A stretch of 64,000 nt of DNA from Dudresnaya verticillata (lineage: Eukaryota): positions 1,240,001 through 1,304,000 of the forward strand of contig OZ374559.1 of assembly GCA_977862235.1 (NCBI GenBank). The letters run 5' to 3'. Position 1 is the stretch's first letter; each line of letters starts with the position of its first letter. The translations under genes and the position numbers were made by a program. The notes below the pieces were generated by a model. It saw nothing but the letters and a program-made list of their open reading frames with translations. It ran no database searches and was not told the DNA's origin. Positions 1 through 11,563 of this stretch are shown piece after piece.

Positions 1-2170
1 TGGCTCCAGTCCTGAGAATATAGAAATCCCTCAGAGAGCCTTGCGGAGATTGAAACTTTAGATACCCCAAAAAAGAAGTTATATCCAAAGGAGAAGGGCA
101 TATCCTGGTAGTACACTGCTATGATAAAAATGGAAGGCTTTGTGTTGGAGAATATTAAGGCACATAAAATGGAATAAATAAATTAGCTATTCGCCCTTAA
201 TTTTCTTGAAATATGCATCATTGATAAGTTTGTGGACTCTGCAGAAGGGAAATGGAGAGCTTTCCAGAAGGTTAAACTCTTAGACAGAAAGATGTATTGT
301 GGTGAGAAGCAAGTACTAATATCAATTTCCGACCACAGCTGAATGTTCGCCTTATTTTCCTAGGCCCTGTCATCTAGTTTTGGGCAGGCGACCGAAGTCT
401 TTTGGTGCTCATACGTGTCATTCCTTCTGTTCAGGTCACAATTGCAACGTTTCAAAACTTGATCAGTTCCAGAATTTATCTTCTATGAGAAGCATCTGGC
501 TACAAATAGACAACACACTGCTATCTGTATGCTTCTGAACAACTATTGTTTTATTATTTTATTTTTCTATAATAGCATTGGAATAAGTTTTAGGTAGTTG
601 TCCGACTCCATTAGGAGCTTGAGAAGTATTTTTATCCTCCGAGTGGAATCAAAACTTTTCCGGGAGTGATGTCTATTCCCTGACTTCGGGTTTCGAACTT
701 TCAATCTTCCACGTCTTTGTGGGGGTCCAAAATGGCAAAAACCCCAAAACAGCATGTTTTGGCTAGGTCATTTCCAACTTCACTCCATCTGGTTTCGAGC
801 TTGGAGTAATATATGAAGGCAGTTTTTTCGTGCTGGATAAGGTGCTCAGATCCAAACCATTCCTTGTGGAGGTATAATTTTTATGTATGTGCTTGTTTCA
901 CTTATATTGGCATACTCTACGCTTTAAAACTATTTCTCTGATGCTACCGAATGTTCATAATAAAGGATCATGCATTCAATACTCGAGAATCTTCGGTAGC
1001 GGAGGTGGAAGAAATATATTATTTCTCAGATGGGCAGGGGATGTTCAATTATGTGTGCTACATGTTCTAATGATAACGAAGTTCCTTTTATATATGAGCT
1101 ACGGAAGTTGTTGAGTATGCGGTTTTGCTTTCGGCTGCAAGGTCCACAGCTGAGTTTCCTGATAGATCGCAAGACCTTCAAGAGGTCTTTCTGGAGGTAG
1201 ATATGTGACCAAGCTTGATTTTCGGTTATGTTCCGGTGGGAGCTGTTTCAAGAGCCTCTCTTTTTCGCCGACATCTGAGAAACTATCTCTCCTCACCCAC
1301 CTCACCTCTCTTGTACTTCAATCTGTCGCGGTGGCTGATAACTGCCGTGTACTCTTCGACCGTCGCCTTTCAGGTGGGTTTTAGGTAAGCCCCCTTACGG
1401 GGCTATAGTCGTTCCTATGCATAAAGGTCTCCATCTCTTTTTCGGCTAGCATCTCGCTGAATAAAGTGATCTCTCTCTTTTTTTCGGCGGAGGAACATAT
1501 GAACAGAAATGCAAGGTTTTAGACAGTATTCGTTCTAACAAAGCCATCGATATATACTGCTAACAGAATCCATACTGAACTACTTTCCAGAACATGGCGG
1601 TAACATATGGTTGTTGACAGATTTTGAATGAGTGTGTTTGAGTTGGGGTACATTGCAGACAAACACCACAAAAGTGAGGGTACGGGCCGGAGGCAAGGCA
1701 ATGCTGCACATCACTCTCTACTCCCGAATGGCAGGTGATTTATGTGAGTACCGGGTAGGCTGAAGTAGTATCACAGTAAAACGAAGGCGGCAAAAGAGAA
1801 GGACGGGATGATGTATAAAGTTTGGTTCGGACGCGAAGACGGGAAAGGCCGGATTTTTTTGCAAGAAAAGCTACGAGGTGAAGAGAGCAAGATGAAGAAT
1901 AGGACGAGGAAGACGTATAAGTTACAAAGGGGGCTTGCAGTCGCAGTCTGCCACAGAAAAGGAAATGAATACTTTATTTGCTAATGCAGTGATCACATCG
2001 AAACAATGCTAGCCCAAGGAGGCATGAATGCCTGCAGAAGGGTAGCAAATAAGGGCATAACGCCTCTGAAATGATAAGGATGTAGAATAACGAAGAAAAG
2101 GACTTGAAGTGAATGAGCACGGGGAGGGCGGGGGGGGGGATGAACGAAGGAAAGAACTTGCCGAGAGAGC

Positions 2171-2366
2171 GCATCCACCCACGACCGAGGTGCAACCCAG
2201 AACTGTCCGACGAAGCAAGTCGTCTGTGTAGAAATTCATCCTGCATCCGAAAGGCACCGTTTTTGGAGCGGTTGTATTCTTGCAACCCAGCAGCTCTGAC
2301 TTGAGGACGTTCGGCAGGGTCGCTACTCTTAACAAACTTTTCAAGTGTTTAAAGCGACTGGTACAC
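2171..2366. repeat. Dispersed ~196-bp repeat, copy 1 (copy 2 at 10743-10938); probably a retroelement fragment
   Basis: GCATCCACCCACGACCGAGGTGCAACCCAGAACTG...GAGGACGTTCGGCAGG...GGTACAC aligns colinearly with 10743-10938, with scattered substitutions. Confidence 0.85.
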
Positions 2367-4930
2367 TAACTGAAAAACGAGACTGAAATGCAGCAGAAGG
2401 ATGTCCCCGTTCCCCAAGAACATCGTGCCTGAGTACGAATGCACAACCTAAATCTGGGTAGCGTTAATTGCGTAGCTAGAAGGAACAGGGGCGGACGGAC
2501 GGAGGGAGAGGTGATTGCGCGATGCGGGCTGGAAGAGGTGTAGGTCGCGCGGTGCCGGCGGGCGGAGGCGGCTTGGGTCCCTGCGGTGGGCGGGAGGTCG
2601 CGGGAAGGCTGCGAGCGTCACGCGCGGCGGCGGTGCGGGGGAAAAAACACGCAGTGCCCTTTTCGGCGGAAAAGGACCGCGAGCCTGTAACGCGCACCCG
2701 CGCCGTGGGACACGTCCCTCAGACGTCGCAATAAAGCGGCGCGCGAACAGCGCATCCGCACGCGGGCCACTTTGATTCACACACATCGACGCTGAGACAT
2801 CGAGTATTGCTCTTTCCTTCTTTCCCCGACGCCCCGTCCTGCGGGAGTGGAGCGACGTGCACAACAAGCAACACGCCGCGGAAGATTGCGCCCACAGGGT
2901 CGGCCAGAGCGCTTACAAACCATCATGCCGTGTCTTTCGCGCTGCGAAATGGCAGCGCACACGCGCGCCTGGCTGGAGCTCTCACGAAAGCTGCTTCCAG
3001 CGCTCCCTTCTTGTTGTAAATCGCCACAACTTGCCCGTCGACTGTACCGCTCGCAGCACCTGACACATCATGTCCCTGCTTGCGAAGCGTCTCCTGCTCG
3101 ATTCGCTGCTTCTTCGACGGCGCATTCGGCCTGCTGAACTAACGGGTGGCCAGTCCGTCTGATAGAAATTAGCGGCCTTTCACAACAACAGCGAGAGAGA
3201 TGCACTTTATTCAGCGAGATGCTACAACAACAGCAAGAACAATAATAACAGTTCCAAGTGATGCACATGATGCACGAAGACGAGCACCGGCATCGCCCAC
3301 TCACGGCGCCGTGCATTTCATGCCCTGCTTCTTTTCTCGCGGCGCCAACGGCAGGGACCAAGACAAGCCCTCCCTTTCACGAAGGTCCCCATCTCTCCCT
3401 TTCACGCCACCAATCGTGCCACCGGATTGGATTCGCAGTCAACAAACGCTAGGCTGCACAAGTGCTAAGCCCATCACGAACAAGCAAAAAGCGAAAAGAG
3501 AAAAAGACCGGTCGTCGTCGTGTACCACAGCTAGCACTTCGACCACTACCTTGCCGCCTTGTAACGCCGGTGTCTCCCGTTTTTCCACGCGCAGCACCCT
3601 CCCGAGCACCTCCCCCCGCCTCGCGGCCTTCTCATTCGCATGCCACAACGACAACCTCCAAGCGCCCCGTGCCTGTCTGCTTGCAAAGCACCCGACCGAC
3701 CGGCTGCTACGACACATGTCACCGGTATCTCAGAGCGCCAACCAGCGCGCACGGCGAATATCTACGCACCCAATCATTTGCATCGCTCCGCAATTCCCAA
3801 TGCAATCGAAAGAGCATCCGCAGCTCCACATCTGCGTCCCTGCACCGCCCTCTCTTCCGTCTCATCCGGCATCGCAACATCCGCAACATCCGCAACAACC
3901 TTTCCATCTCTCGCTCCTGTGCCCCTCACGTACACCCAGCCTCTTTTTCTGCGTAGACACACAACCGACTGTCTAGCCGTTCTGCATGCATGGAGAGTAC
4001 CACACAACAACACCCTGGAGTTCGTGCGCAGATTTGTACAGATCGCCCGGTCGCACACGCCTCAATTCTCCTCAACGTGTCCATTCAGCACACCCGCACG
4101 ACACGCAGACATGCCCCCGCAGTCACCCCCCAAACCCCCTTCTTTCTCACGTTAAAAATGTTGCACAACACAAGGATCTTTCTGCATCTCATCTCTCGCT
4201 CACATACTTCTACCGCATACCTCAGCAAAACCACACCCTGAACGCTATCATCCCCTATACTGTTTCCGTTCACCTCCTTTGTTTTCCTCTCACCATTACC
4301 ATCACTCTCTTGCCACTTCACGTCAACAGCTCTTTCCACCTCTTCCCCATGGTCATGACAGTCAGTTCAGAAAAAACCTCCACAACCAGTAAGCGTAACA
4401 GACATGCCCCCCAGCAGCAAAAATTCGGTCCTTGCCTCGTCTTTACACCTCGTAAACGCCTTCATCCACGAGCATGCGTTTGCCGCTTGTATTGAACATG
4501 CCCGAATTGCATCACCCCCGAACTCGCAAACCCCCCAAAGAATTGCAACTTTGCGTTACCCGTTCGGGAAAGACATACCCACGACAATGCCGATGCAAGG
4601 CGCCTCAACAACAAATTGATTCGCGCCAAACCAGACCTATCCCATCTTTCCTCGGGTGTCCGTGGCAATCTCCCTTAAATTGCAAACCTGGCAGTGAGCA
4701 CACATGCACACAATACACCCAACTTCATCGCTATTACAACAACCGCTCTAACATCGCATTCGTGTCCATCGCGACTCGTCATCCGATTCCCATCCGCCCG
4801 CCTTCGCATTTGCGTCTGGTTTTGCCTGTTGTGCACACCAGTCGCATCCCCTTCGGTCGGTCGGCCGTATCAATAGCATCCACCCCGACCTTAGCATTTG
4901 CACCTCCGTCTTCTGCCCTCTGCATCTTAA

Positions 4931-5097
4931 TCTCATAATGTCTTGGTGTATGATCTGCGCTCTAACTACAGCGTTTTATTCCATCTTTTTCCTGCTCAAC
5001 ATTCTTCAAGTTGTCTCGTAATGTCTTGGTGTATGATCTGCGCTCTAACTACAGCGTTTTATTCCATCTTTTTCCTGCTCAACATTCTTCAAGTTGT
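4931..5097. repeat. Tandem duplication, 2 x 83 bp
   Basis: TCTC(A/G)TAATGTCTTGGTGTATGATCTG...CTTCAAGTTG starts at 4931 and again at 5014; one mismatch seen. Confidence 0.95.
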
Positions 5098-5449
5098 ATC
5101 TCCTTCAACAAAAGCCTACGCGAAAAAGACAACTCGTTTGGGATGCAGGCAACATACTCTCAATGCTCATAGGAAGAACACCTCACACCAAACCTCGATA
5201 AACATGTAAACAGTATTCCTTGGCGTCCTTGCAGGCTTGTCGTTCTTCTTTTGTTAAGATTCACGTTGATAGTAAAGAAAAAGACCCTACTTTCACCGCT
5301 ACGGAGACGAAACAGAGCCACCTTTAGATTGACACAACCTTCCGTTTTCATAGATTGGCTCAGATTCTACTTTTCGACCAAGATTTGTCGTTCAGTTGTT
5401 CAATATCTGGAAGACAGGTTCAAGGGTAGACCGAGGCACCCGGCTTGCC

Positions 5450-5456
5450 TATAAAA
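5450..5456 (+). promoter_or_regulatory. Putative TATA box of the 5602 gene
   Basis: TATAAAA ~150 bp upstream of the ATG, followed by a C/A-rich leader. Confidence 0.5.
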
Positions 5457-5601
5457 GCCGGTCAAGCTGGGAAGACCTTGTAACAATTTCCCATCACACT
5501 CACACACGGACGACTTCAAACAACCTTCGATCCCACAACACCAGCATCTCGCATTCACCAAGCAGACCTTTCAACCCGAGCTAATCTACAAAGTTCTCGT
5601 C

Positions 5602-6336
5602 ATGAAGTTCATTTTCTTCCTCACTACCCTGTTTGCCGCCGCCATGGCAGCCAGTAACCCGCTCGGCATTTCCAGAATCGAGATCCTGGATTCCTCCAAC
5701 TTCCAGGTGGGCGGATTGCCAATGCTCGACAACCTCACTCGTGTCCCGCAGGAGGTCGCGATTTATGCCGTGAAGAGCACAAAGGCAGGGTATGCCCGCA
5801 CCACCAACGTTGGGTTGACTGTTCAGAAGGGCACCAGTGGCGAAATTTGGTTCAAGATCCGCGCCTGGGCCGTCACTACTGAAATCCTCGCAAAGCTGAC
5901 GGTCGAATTTGAGAAGTCACTGACGCTTACGGAGAAGGATTCGCTCAACGTGCTCAAGTCGACCTACGATGGCAGCTACGACATCCCGTGGCTGCACACC
6001 CTCGGCATCAATCTCGACAAGGGCACTACCAAGTTTGATATCGAGAAGGAGCATGAGAAGTCTGCTACATACAATGCCAGAGCTGAGGTCGCCAAGCAGC
6101 TGCTTAAGGAGGTTACTGAGCAGCACCTGGAGGTCCACGGTCACCTGACTGCGCACGGTGTGAGCTTCATCCCGACAACCGTGTTCTCGTTCATCAAGTT
6201 TGCTAGGATCTACTTTGAGGACGGCACCGACCTCACCGTTATTTCGAAGCACCCTGGCGACCTGGCCGCGGCTACAAAGGACGGAAGCACCACTGTCCCA
6301 GTCGACAACGGAGGTCTCGAAATTCTGGCGCTGTAG
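5602..6336 (+). CDS. Secreted protein of unknown function (244 aa), paralog of 7573-8454
   Basis: Clean ORF with GC3-biased codons and a signal peptide (MKFIFFLTTLFAAAMAA). Shares motifs with the neighbour: VG(L/I)xVxKG, IP(W/F)LxTLGIxLDK, TxVFxFIKxA, DLAAA(T/S)xxG. Confidence 0.9.
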   Translation: MKFIFFLTTLFAAAMAASNPLGISRIEILDSSNFQVGGLPMLDNLTRVPQEVAIYAVKSTKAGYARTTNVGLTVQKGTSGEIWFKIRAWAVTTEILAKLTVEFEKSLTLTEKDSLNVLKSTYDGSYDIPWLHTLGINLDKGTTKFDIEKEHEKSATYNARAEVAKQLLKEVTEQHLEVHGHLTAHGVSFIPTTVFSFIKFARIYFEDGTDLTVISKHPGDLAAATKDGSTTVPVDNGGLEILAL

Positions 6337-7572
6337 AAGTATTTTGCATTGAATTACATGGGAACGACTTTTAGGTACAGTCCTTTAGCTTTTGAAATGT
6401 AGTCGTTCTGGGTTGTAAACAAATCGTTCATGTGGTTCGAGTTGGCATCATGCTACCTTTGGGTAAAGCTGTTGTTCTGAAACATCGAGATTTGTATTGT
6501 TAAATCGGTTGTTAAACATCGAGATTTGGTGGAATTGTCATAGGAATGACTCTTTCGGAAAGAAGTGAGAAGTAGATCGCAGTAGTTGAGAGGGAGAGGG
6601 AACGTAGGTTCTCAATTCTGTTGAAGACGTATCGAAACGGGAGTCTAGAATTCTCGCTGGGGAAGTTGGAACCGAGTCGTTTTGTTCATAACCGCAGATT
6701 GCAACTTGCTTGTCCGCAGGGAAGGGTTTTGAGAACCCTACTGGAGCCAAAACAGATCCTGGAGATAGCGCGATACTCGAATTCAGTCAAAGTTAGCGTC
6801 ACTTCCGTAGGGGCAGCATGGGTAACGAGAATATATTTCTGGACGCTGAACTTGACTAGGGTGTTTGACCTTGCCAGGTGGGGGTCAGCGAGAACGTAAA
6901 ATAGACGAATACTACCAGTGCAGGTCCATACTGGAAGGTAAATCAGATTCGAAACGGTCAACTATTCGAGAATACGTTACAGATTCTAGATTCGGGGACC
7001 AAAACGCCAAGCAAGTGCACTACCTTGCGTTCGTTGTCGCACTCGTAGGGGCAGCATTCCAAAGAATGTTGGAGAGAGTTTCTCCACACAAACGATGGGT
7101 TCATTGGGCAGTTAGAGGGTCTGCCTGTACTAATTCTGATCCTATGTTGTCTCCTAGCAACGCCTGGACAGAGGTAACTGCGTCTATTATTGGCCGGGTG
7201 GCGTTTGGCAGAAAGGTAATGCGTCATGTGGACCTGATTGGAAATTGGAATGGTTCTGGTTCTCTTTCTATGATTGTCGCCGTGAGCCGTGTGCAAAAAG
7301 GCTTTGTGCCTATCGTGTGATGGCCTGATAGGAATCGTCTGGCCCTATTTACACTCGAAATTTATCAAAGGTTCTCGGTTTTCACCAATGCGGTATGAAG
7401 AAACCAACCAAACCCACCCCATTATACTTAAAAGTAAATGGACTCTACCGACTCAAACTTGAAACTGGACAAGTTTATGTACATTACAAACAAACAAAAA
7501 CAAACCGCATCTAACCCCTATCAAAGCTATACAAGTACATTCTATGGCACCCAGTAGCAACTATTAAACAAT

Positions 7573-8454
7573 CTAAAGCTCCGTGACGTCGAGCTTTCCC
7601 TTGGAAGGCAACACTACATCTCCGTTCCTAGATGCAGCCGCAAGGTCTTCCTTATCGTTGGTAAGCACAGTCCTATTAACGCCGTTCGGCAAAGCGACCT
7701 CTGCCAGCTTGATAAATGCAAAGACGCTGGTTTGCACACAGCTAGTGCCTTTTGCCTTGAGCTTTCCCTTAATCCTGATCTCCCTTTCTGTAGTGGTAAC
7801 CAAAATGCGAGTAGCAGCCGAGACTAAGGCGGGAAAGTTGGGCTGGGTACGTTCCTTCTCGAGAACGTCTTCAGCGGAGATAGGTTTATCGAGCCCGATG
7901 CCGAGCGTCTCCAAAAACGGGATGTTGAGTCCGCCGCGGTAGCGGCTCTTCAGGTTTGCGTACACAACGCTCTGCGACGTCGAGAGCAGCTTGACAAACT
8001 CGCCGTCACTCTCGGCAAGCACAGAGGCATCTACGGCGCGCAGCCGCACGTCATATTTCATGACGGCCTTACTACCCTTGGTAACAGATATGCCGACACG
8101 GGTGATACGCGCGAACAGACAGTCCGAGGCCTGCACCGGGAGTGGGACGTCCTCCAGCTTTTTCGGAACGGGCGAGGGAGAGGCTGGCGGCGGGGCATCC
8201 GGAGCCGGGGTGAGCGGGACGACCGGGAGCGGCTGGCGGTGGGCCAAAGCAGCCAGCGAGCCCGGTGGGGCGCGGCGTGGCTCCGGGGCCGACGCCGATA
8301 CCGGAAAGCGCTCCGTCTCCGACGTGACGAAGGTGATGTTGATCCTGTCTGGCGACGCGACTGGAAGGTCGGACACGGGGTTTTCCGCGCGGGCCACGAC
8401 GGCCAGTAGGAGCAGTAGGGGCACAACGTGGCGGGAGGGGCGGGGTAGTGACAT
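7573..8454 (-). CDS. Secreted protein of unknown function (293 aa) with Pro-rich linker, paralog of 5602-6336
   Basis: Signal peptide (VVPLLLLLAVVARA), a Pro/Ala-rich segment, then a ~190-aa domain alignable by eye to the 5602 protein. Confidence 0.88.
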   Translation of the reverse strand: MSLPRPSRHVVPLLLLLAVVARAENPVSDLPVASPDRINITFVTSETERFPVSASAPEPRRAPPGSLAALAHRQPLPVVPLTPAPDAPPPASPSPVPKKLEDVPLPVQASDCLFARITRVGISVTKGSKAVMKYDVRLRAVDASVLAESDGEFVKLLSTSQSVVYANLKSRYRGGLNIPFLETLGIGLDKPISAEDVLEKERTQPNFPALVSAATRILVTTTEREIRIKGKLKAKGTSCVQTSVFAFIKLAEVALPNGVNRTVLTNDKEDLAAASRNGDVVLPSKGKLDVTEL

Positions 8455-8565
8455 GGCGATGGGGGGTGGCGAGGGGGTTGCCGCTGTGTGCGGGGAGGCG
8501 ACAGGGCTGTGCTGTGGGGACGGGTTGGCTTGGCTCTGCGCGCGCGCGGGGGATCGGGTTGCCGA

Positions 8566-8572
8566 CTTTATA
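8566..8572 (-). promoter_or_regulatory. Putative TATA box of the 8454 gene
   Basis: TATAAAG on the minus strand ~115 bp upstream of the ATG, in otherwise very GC-rich DNA. Confidence 0.45.
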
Positions 8573-10313
8573 TCGTGGGGAGGTGGAGGGCTGGAGGGGT
8601 GGGACGCGGGGGGGTGAGGGAGGGCGGGGCGATGCGTCGGGACGCGGAGAGGCGCAGGAAGGTGGGTGCGTGTGACAGGGCGGTGTTGTGTGCAGCCAGT
8701 GGGGCATGGCGGCGCTGGAATGCATTTCGCGGGATTTAAAACACGCAGGCAGTCGGACTAGACGGCACGAACGAAATCACTTTGGGCGGCCGTGTCTTTG
8801 TGTTTGCTTTGCGCGGGGCGGTCGGTCGACGTGAGGGAGAGAGTGACCCGGCTGCGACACGCGGGAGGGCGTCGCTGAGAGCCGTTGCTTCTGCGACACG
8901 GGCGTACTGCGCCTCCGCTGCATGTATCTCGCAGCTACGGACATACGGCACCTTCGCGCAGGAGGGACGCGCGTGCGATTCTATTCTTCTCGCCGTTGAC
9001 AGCTCACAGCTGCTGCCATCACACTACAGCAAAAGGCGGTGATCCTCGCATCTCGAGCCGTTGGAGCGCACCCACCCGCGCGCCGCCCGCGCGGATGAAG
9101 CGCTGCTGTGCGTGTAGTCGCGCATACACCCGCTGCGGCTGCCACCTTGTGTACCCCCGCAGCTGCGAGTTTTCCACCGGCCGCGCGTCACCGAGCACCG
9201 CTGTTTGCACTGCTGCTTCATCGTTGTCACTCACTCCGACAACCGTATCGGCTTTGCTTTTGCTTTTGCCATGTTCCCTTTGCGATGGATGCGCCTGGCA
9301 GTTGTTTCAGTCACAAGTCTGCCTCGTCGGCAATGACTTTCGTTGGCGAGAATGACTGCGGTTCTGAAGCACGTATGAGCACAGTGCCAAAGAAACACTC
9401 TGTGATATACGAGCACTGTATGCCGATATTTTCCGTATCTCCATCGCGAACAGAACAGCGGCGAGACACCGAGTCGACAGACTTGCTTGTTGCTTCGGCT
9501 TCTTGCATGCGGATGTACCCACCCAACGTATGTATTCCGCACCCCATTCTCCCCGCAAATGCGCCAATGCTTTGCTTCTAGTAACACCCCCGTCCCGGCC
9601 GCATATAGGATAGGCACGTTAAAAAGCAAAACCCTACGTCGACGCACACCGCCGGGCGGTCCACAGCCTCTCCGGTCCGTCGGAATAAATTTGGTGCCCG
9701 AGCCGCATGCGTATCACTTTCCGTCACTGTACAATGCCACTGAAACCCTTGTCAGCCACAGTGCAGATGCAACGAGGGCACGGCAATAGAGTGTCGCTTG
9801 CCCATGCAACGCTTATCAGCCGCTGCGTCTTGCGAGCGTAGCAATCACGTGCTTTTGCCGAAGGCAGACAAACTGTGGTAATGAGGCACACCCCCTTCGC
9901 ACAATCTCTCGCGAGTTGCTCAATGTTTCCGTGAATGATAGGCAGAGTCCCTCGATACCGTTGGCGCACTCTAGAACACACCCACTGCTTGTTTTCTCTA
10001 TTTGTCGTGCTTGCGATCATTGATCCATTCTTCTCTAAAGCGTTTCAGATGATGACCTCGTCCATCATATCACGAACCTGTGCTTCTCTTTTGTCCTTCC
10101 ATCACCGTCATTTTTGAGACACTGCTGTGCTCTCAGAGCAACAAAAAGTACAACCCTTTCGCTCCAGCGCTTTCCGACCGTGATACTTTTGTACCGCTGA
10201 AAATAGCTACGTTCCGCCCGCTGGGATAAGCTCCCTTATCGCGTATGTCCCATATGCATGGTGTCATGCCTTCTCAACGGTTTCAGCATATAAAATCAGA
10301 ACACATTTCGCAT

Positions 10314-11160
10314 TCATCATCATCATCACCATCACAACTTTGTTGAAGCGCATTCCACCACCGGAAAGGAATGTCAATCGCAACCGTTACAGTAGTCGTC
10401 GTTCAAAACTTCTATCGCATTCTACCTGTTCTGCTTCGACCTTGTCCTCTGCTTCGGCGATAAACTCTCTTCAGATAATGCTGCTTCATAATCGGACAGT
10501 CGCTTTTGTGAAGCGGGATTAAAACAAGAATATCTGACTAAATATATCGAATACGGCGTTTGGTCAGATGAAGACGTAGTCTACCGCGGGGCACCATAGA
10601 AAATCCTCGGGAATGCTGAAAAGGAAAGAACGAAGGAAATAACTTGTCGAGAGAGCGGCGGTTGTCTTCGGCCGGGGTCTCTTATAGGTCGGGATGGCTG
10701 TTGTGCCCGGCGGCTGTAGCTGCCGACAGCAGCAGAGCTTTTGCATCCACCCACGACCGAGGTGCAACCCAGAACTGCCCGGCGACGCAAGTCGTCTGTG
10801 TAGAAATTTATACGGCGTCCGGAAGATACCGTTTTCGGAGCGCTTGTATTCTTGCAACCCAGCAGCTCTGATTTGAGGACGTTCGGCAGGCTCGCTACTC
10901 TTAGCATGACTTTTCAGTGTGTAAAGCGATTGGTACACAGACTTAAAATGCGTCTATGGAGTTCCTACATTCGGCACTCTGTAATAGGTAGTAGGCTGAT
11001 GGATATATTTCCCTGCACAGCTCGAAATGCATTCCACACGGCTTTCGGTAGGGATGCTTTTGCAGTCGCTCCGACTGTGTTCATCAGAGTCGTTAAAAGC
11101 TTTGAGTAAAATGTCTTTCGGAACATCGAGGATTATGTCGTTGGAGATGCGCTACAAAAG
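10314..11160 (-). mobile_element. Probable 3' fragment of a non-LTR retrotransposon with (GAT)n tail
   Basis: Minus strand ends CTTCAACAAAGTTGTGATGGTGATGATGATGATG, like the tail at 62135-62162. Contains the repeat shared with 2171-2366. The 5' boundary is approximate. Confidence 0.45.
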
Positions 11161-11527
11161 CTTTCCTTTGTTGTTTATAAGATTTCTCAACCTGATTTAG
11201 AAGCCTTGTTGGGGACTGAAAATGAATTAGTTAGACGTGCAACAAGGGCGGGTTGCTCTCGGGATCATTCCGCAGTTAGAAACACTAAATCCTTTTGCGA
11301 TAAACTCCACAATGACAACGCATGACCACATACATTCTGGATTCTTACGTTCCATTATCGTAAAGTGGTCTTGCTAATTCGTCTTAGTGCTATGGTAAAG
11401 AATCTCTTCGTCAAGCGTAGTTTGCGTACCAACCACAACATCGTTAGATGATCAGATTTTAGCCATTGGCGAGACTTGCCTCAGCATCGCTTCAATAGCT
11501 ATTTCAGACTTGTTCTCCCTGACAATA

Positions 11528-11563
11528 GGTCTTGACAATGTTTCTGGTCTTGACAATGTTTCT
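11528..11563. repeat. Tandem 2 x 18 bp
   Basis: GGTCTTGACAATGTTTCT repeated exactly. Confidence 0.9.

Noticed and set aside
1..1950. Possible decayed retroelement
   Set aside because: Only isolated short peptide resemblances on both strands, with no consistent motif order.
2448..4938. Overlapping ORFs up to 258 aa
   Set aside because: Low-complexity translations in several frames of GC-rich DNA with no recognisable motif; a gene here cannot be excluded but is unsupported.
6538..7320. Possible third paralog between the secreted-protein genes
   Set aside because: None of the shared motifs appears in the listed frames.
11043..11087. Minus-strand CTGATGA...GAAA as a hammerhead ribozyme
   Set aside because: Stem II does not close directly between the two core motifs, and I found no stems I/III.
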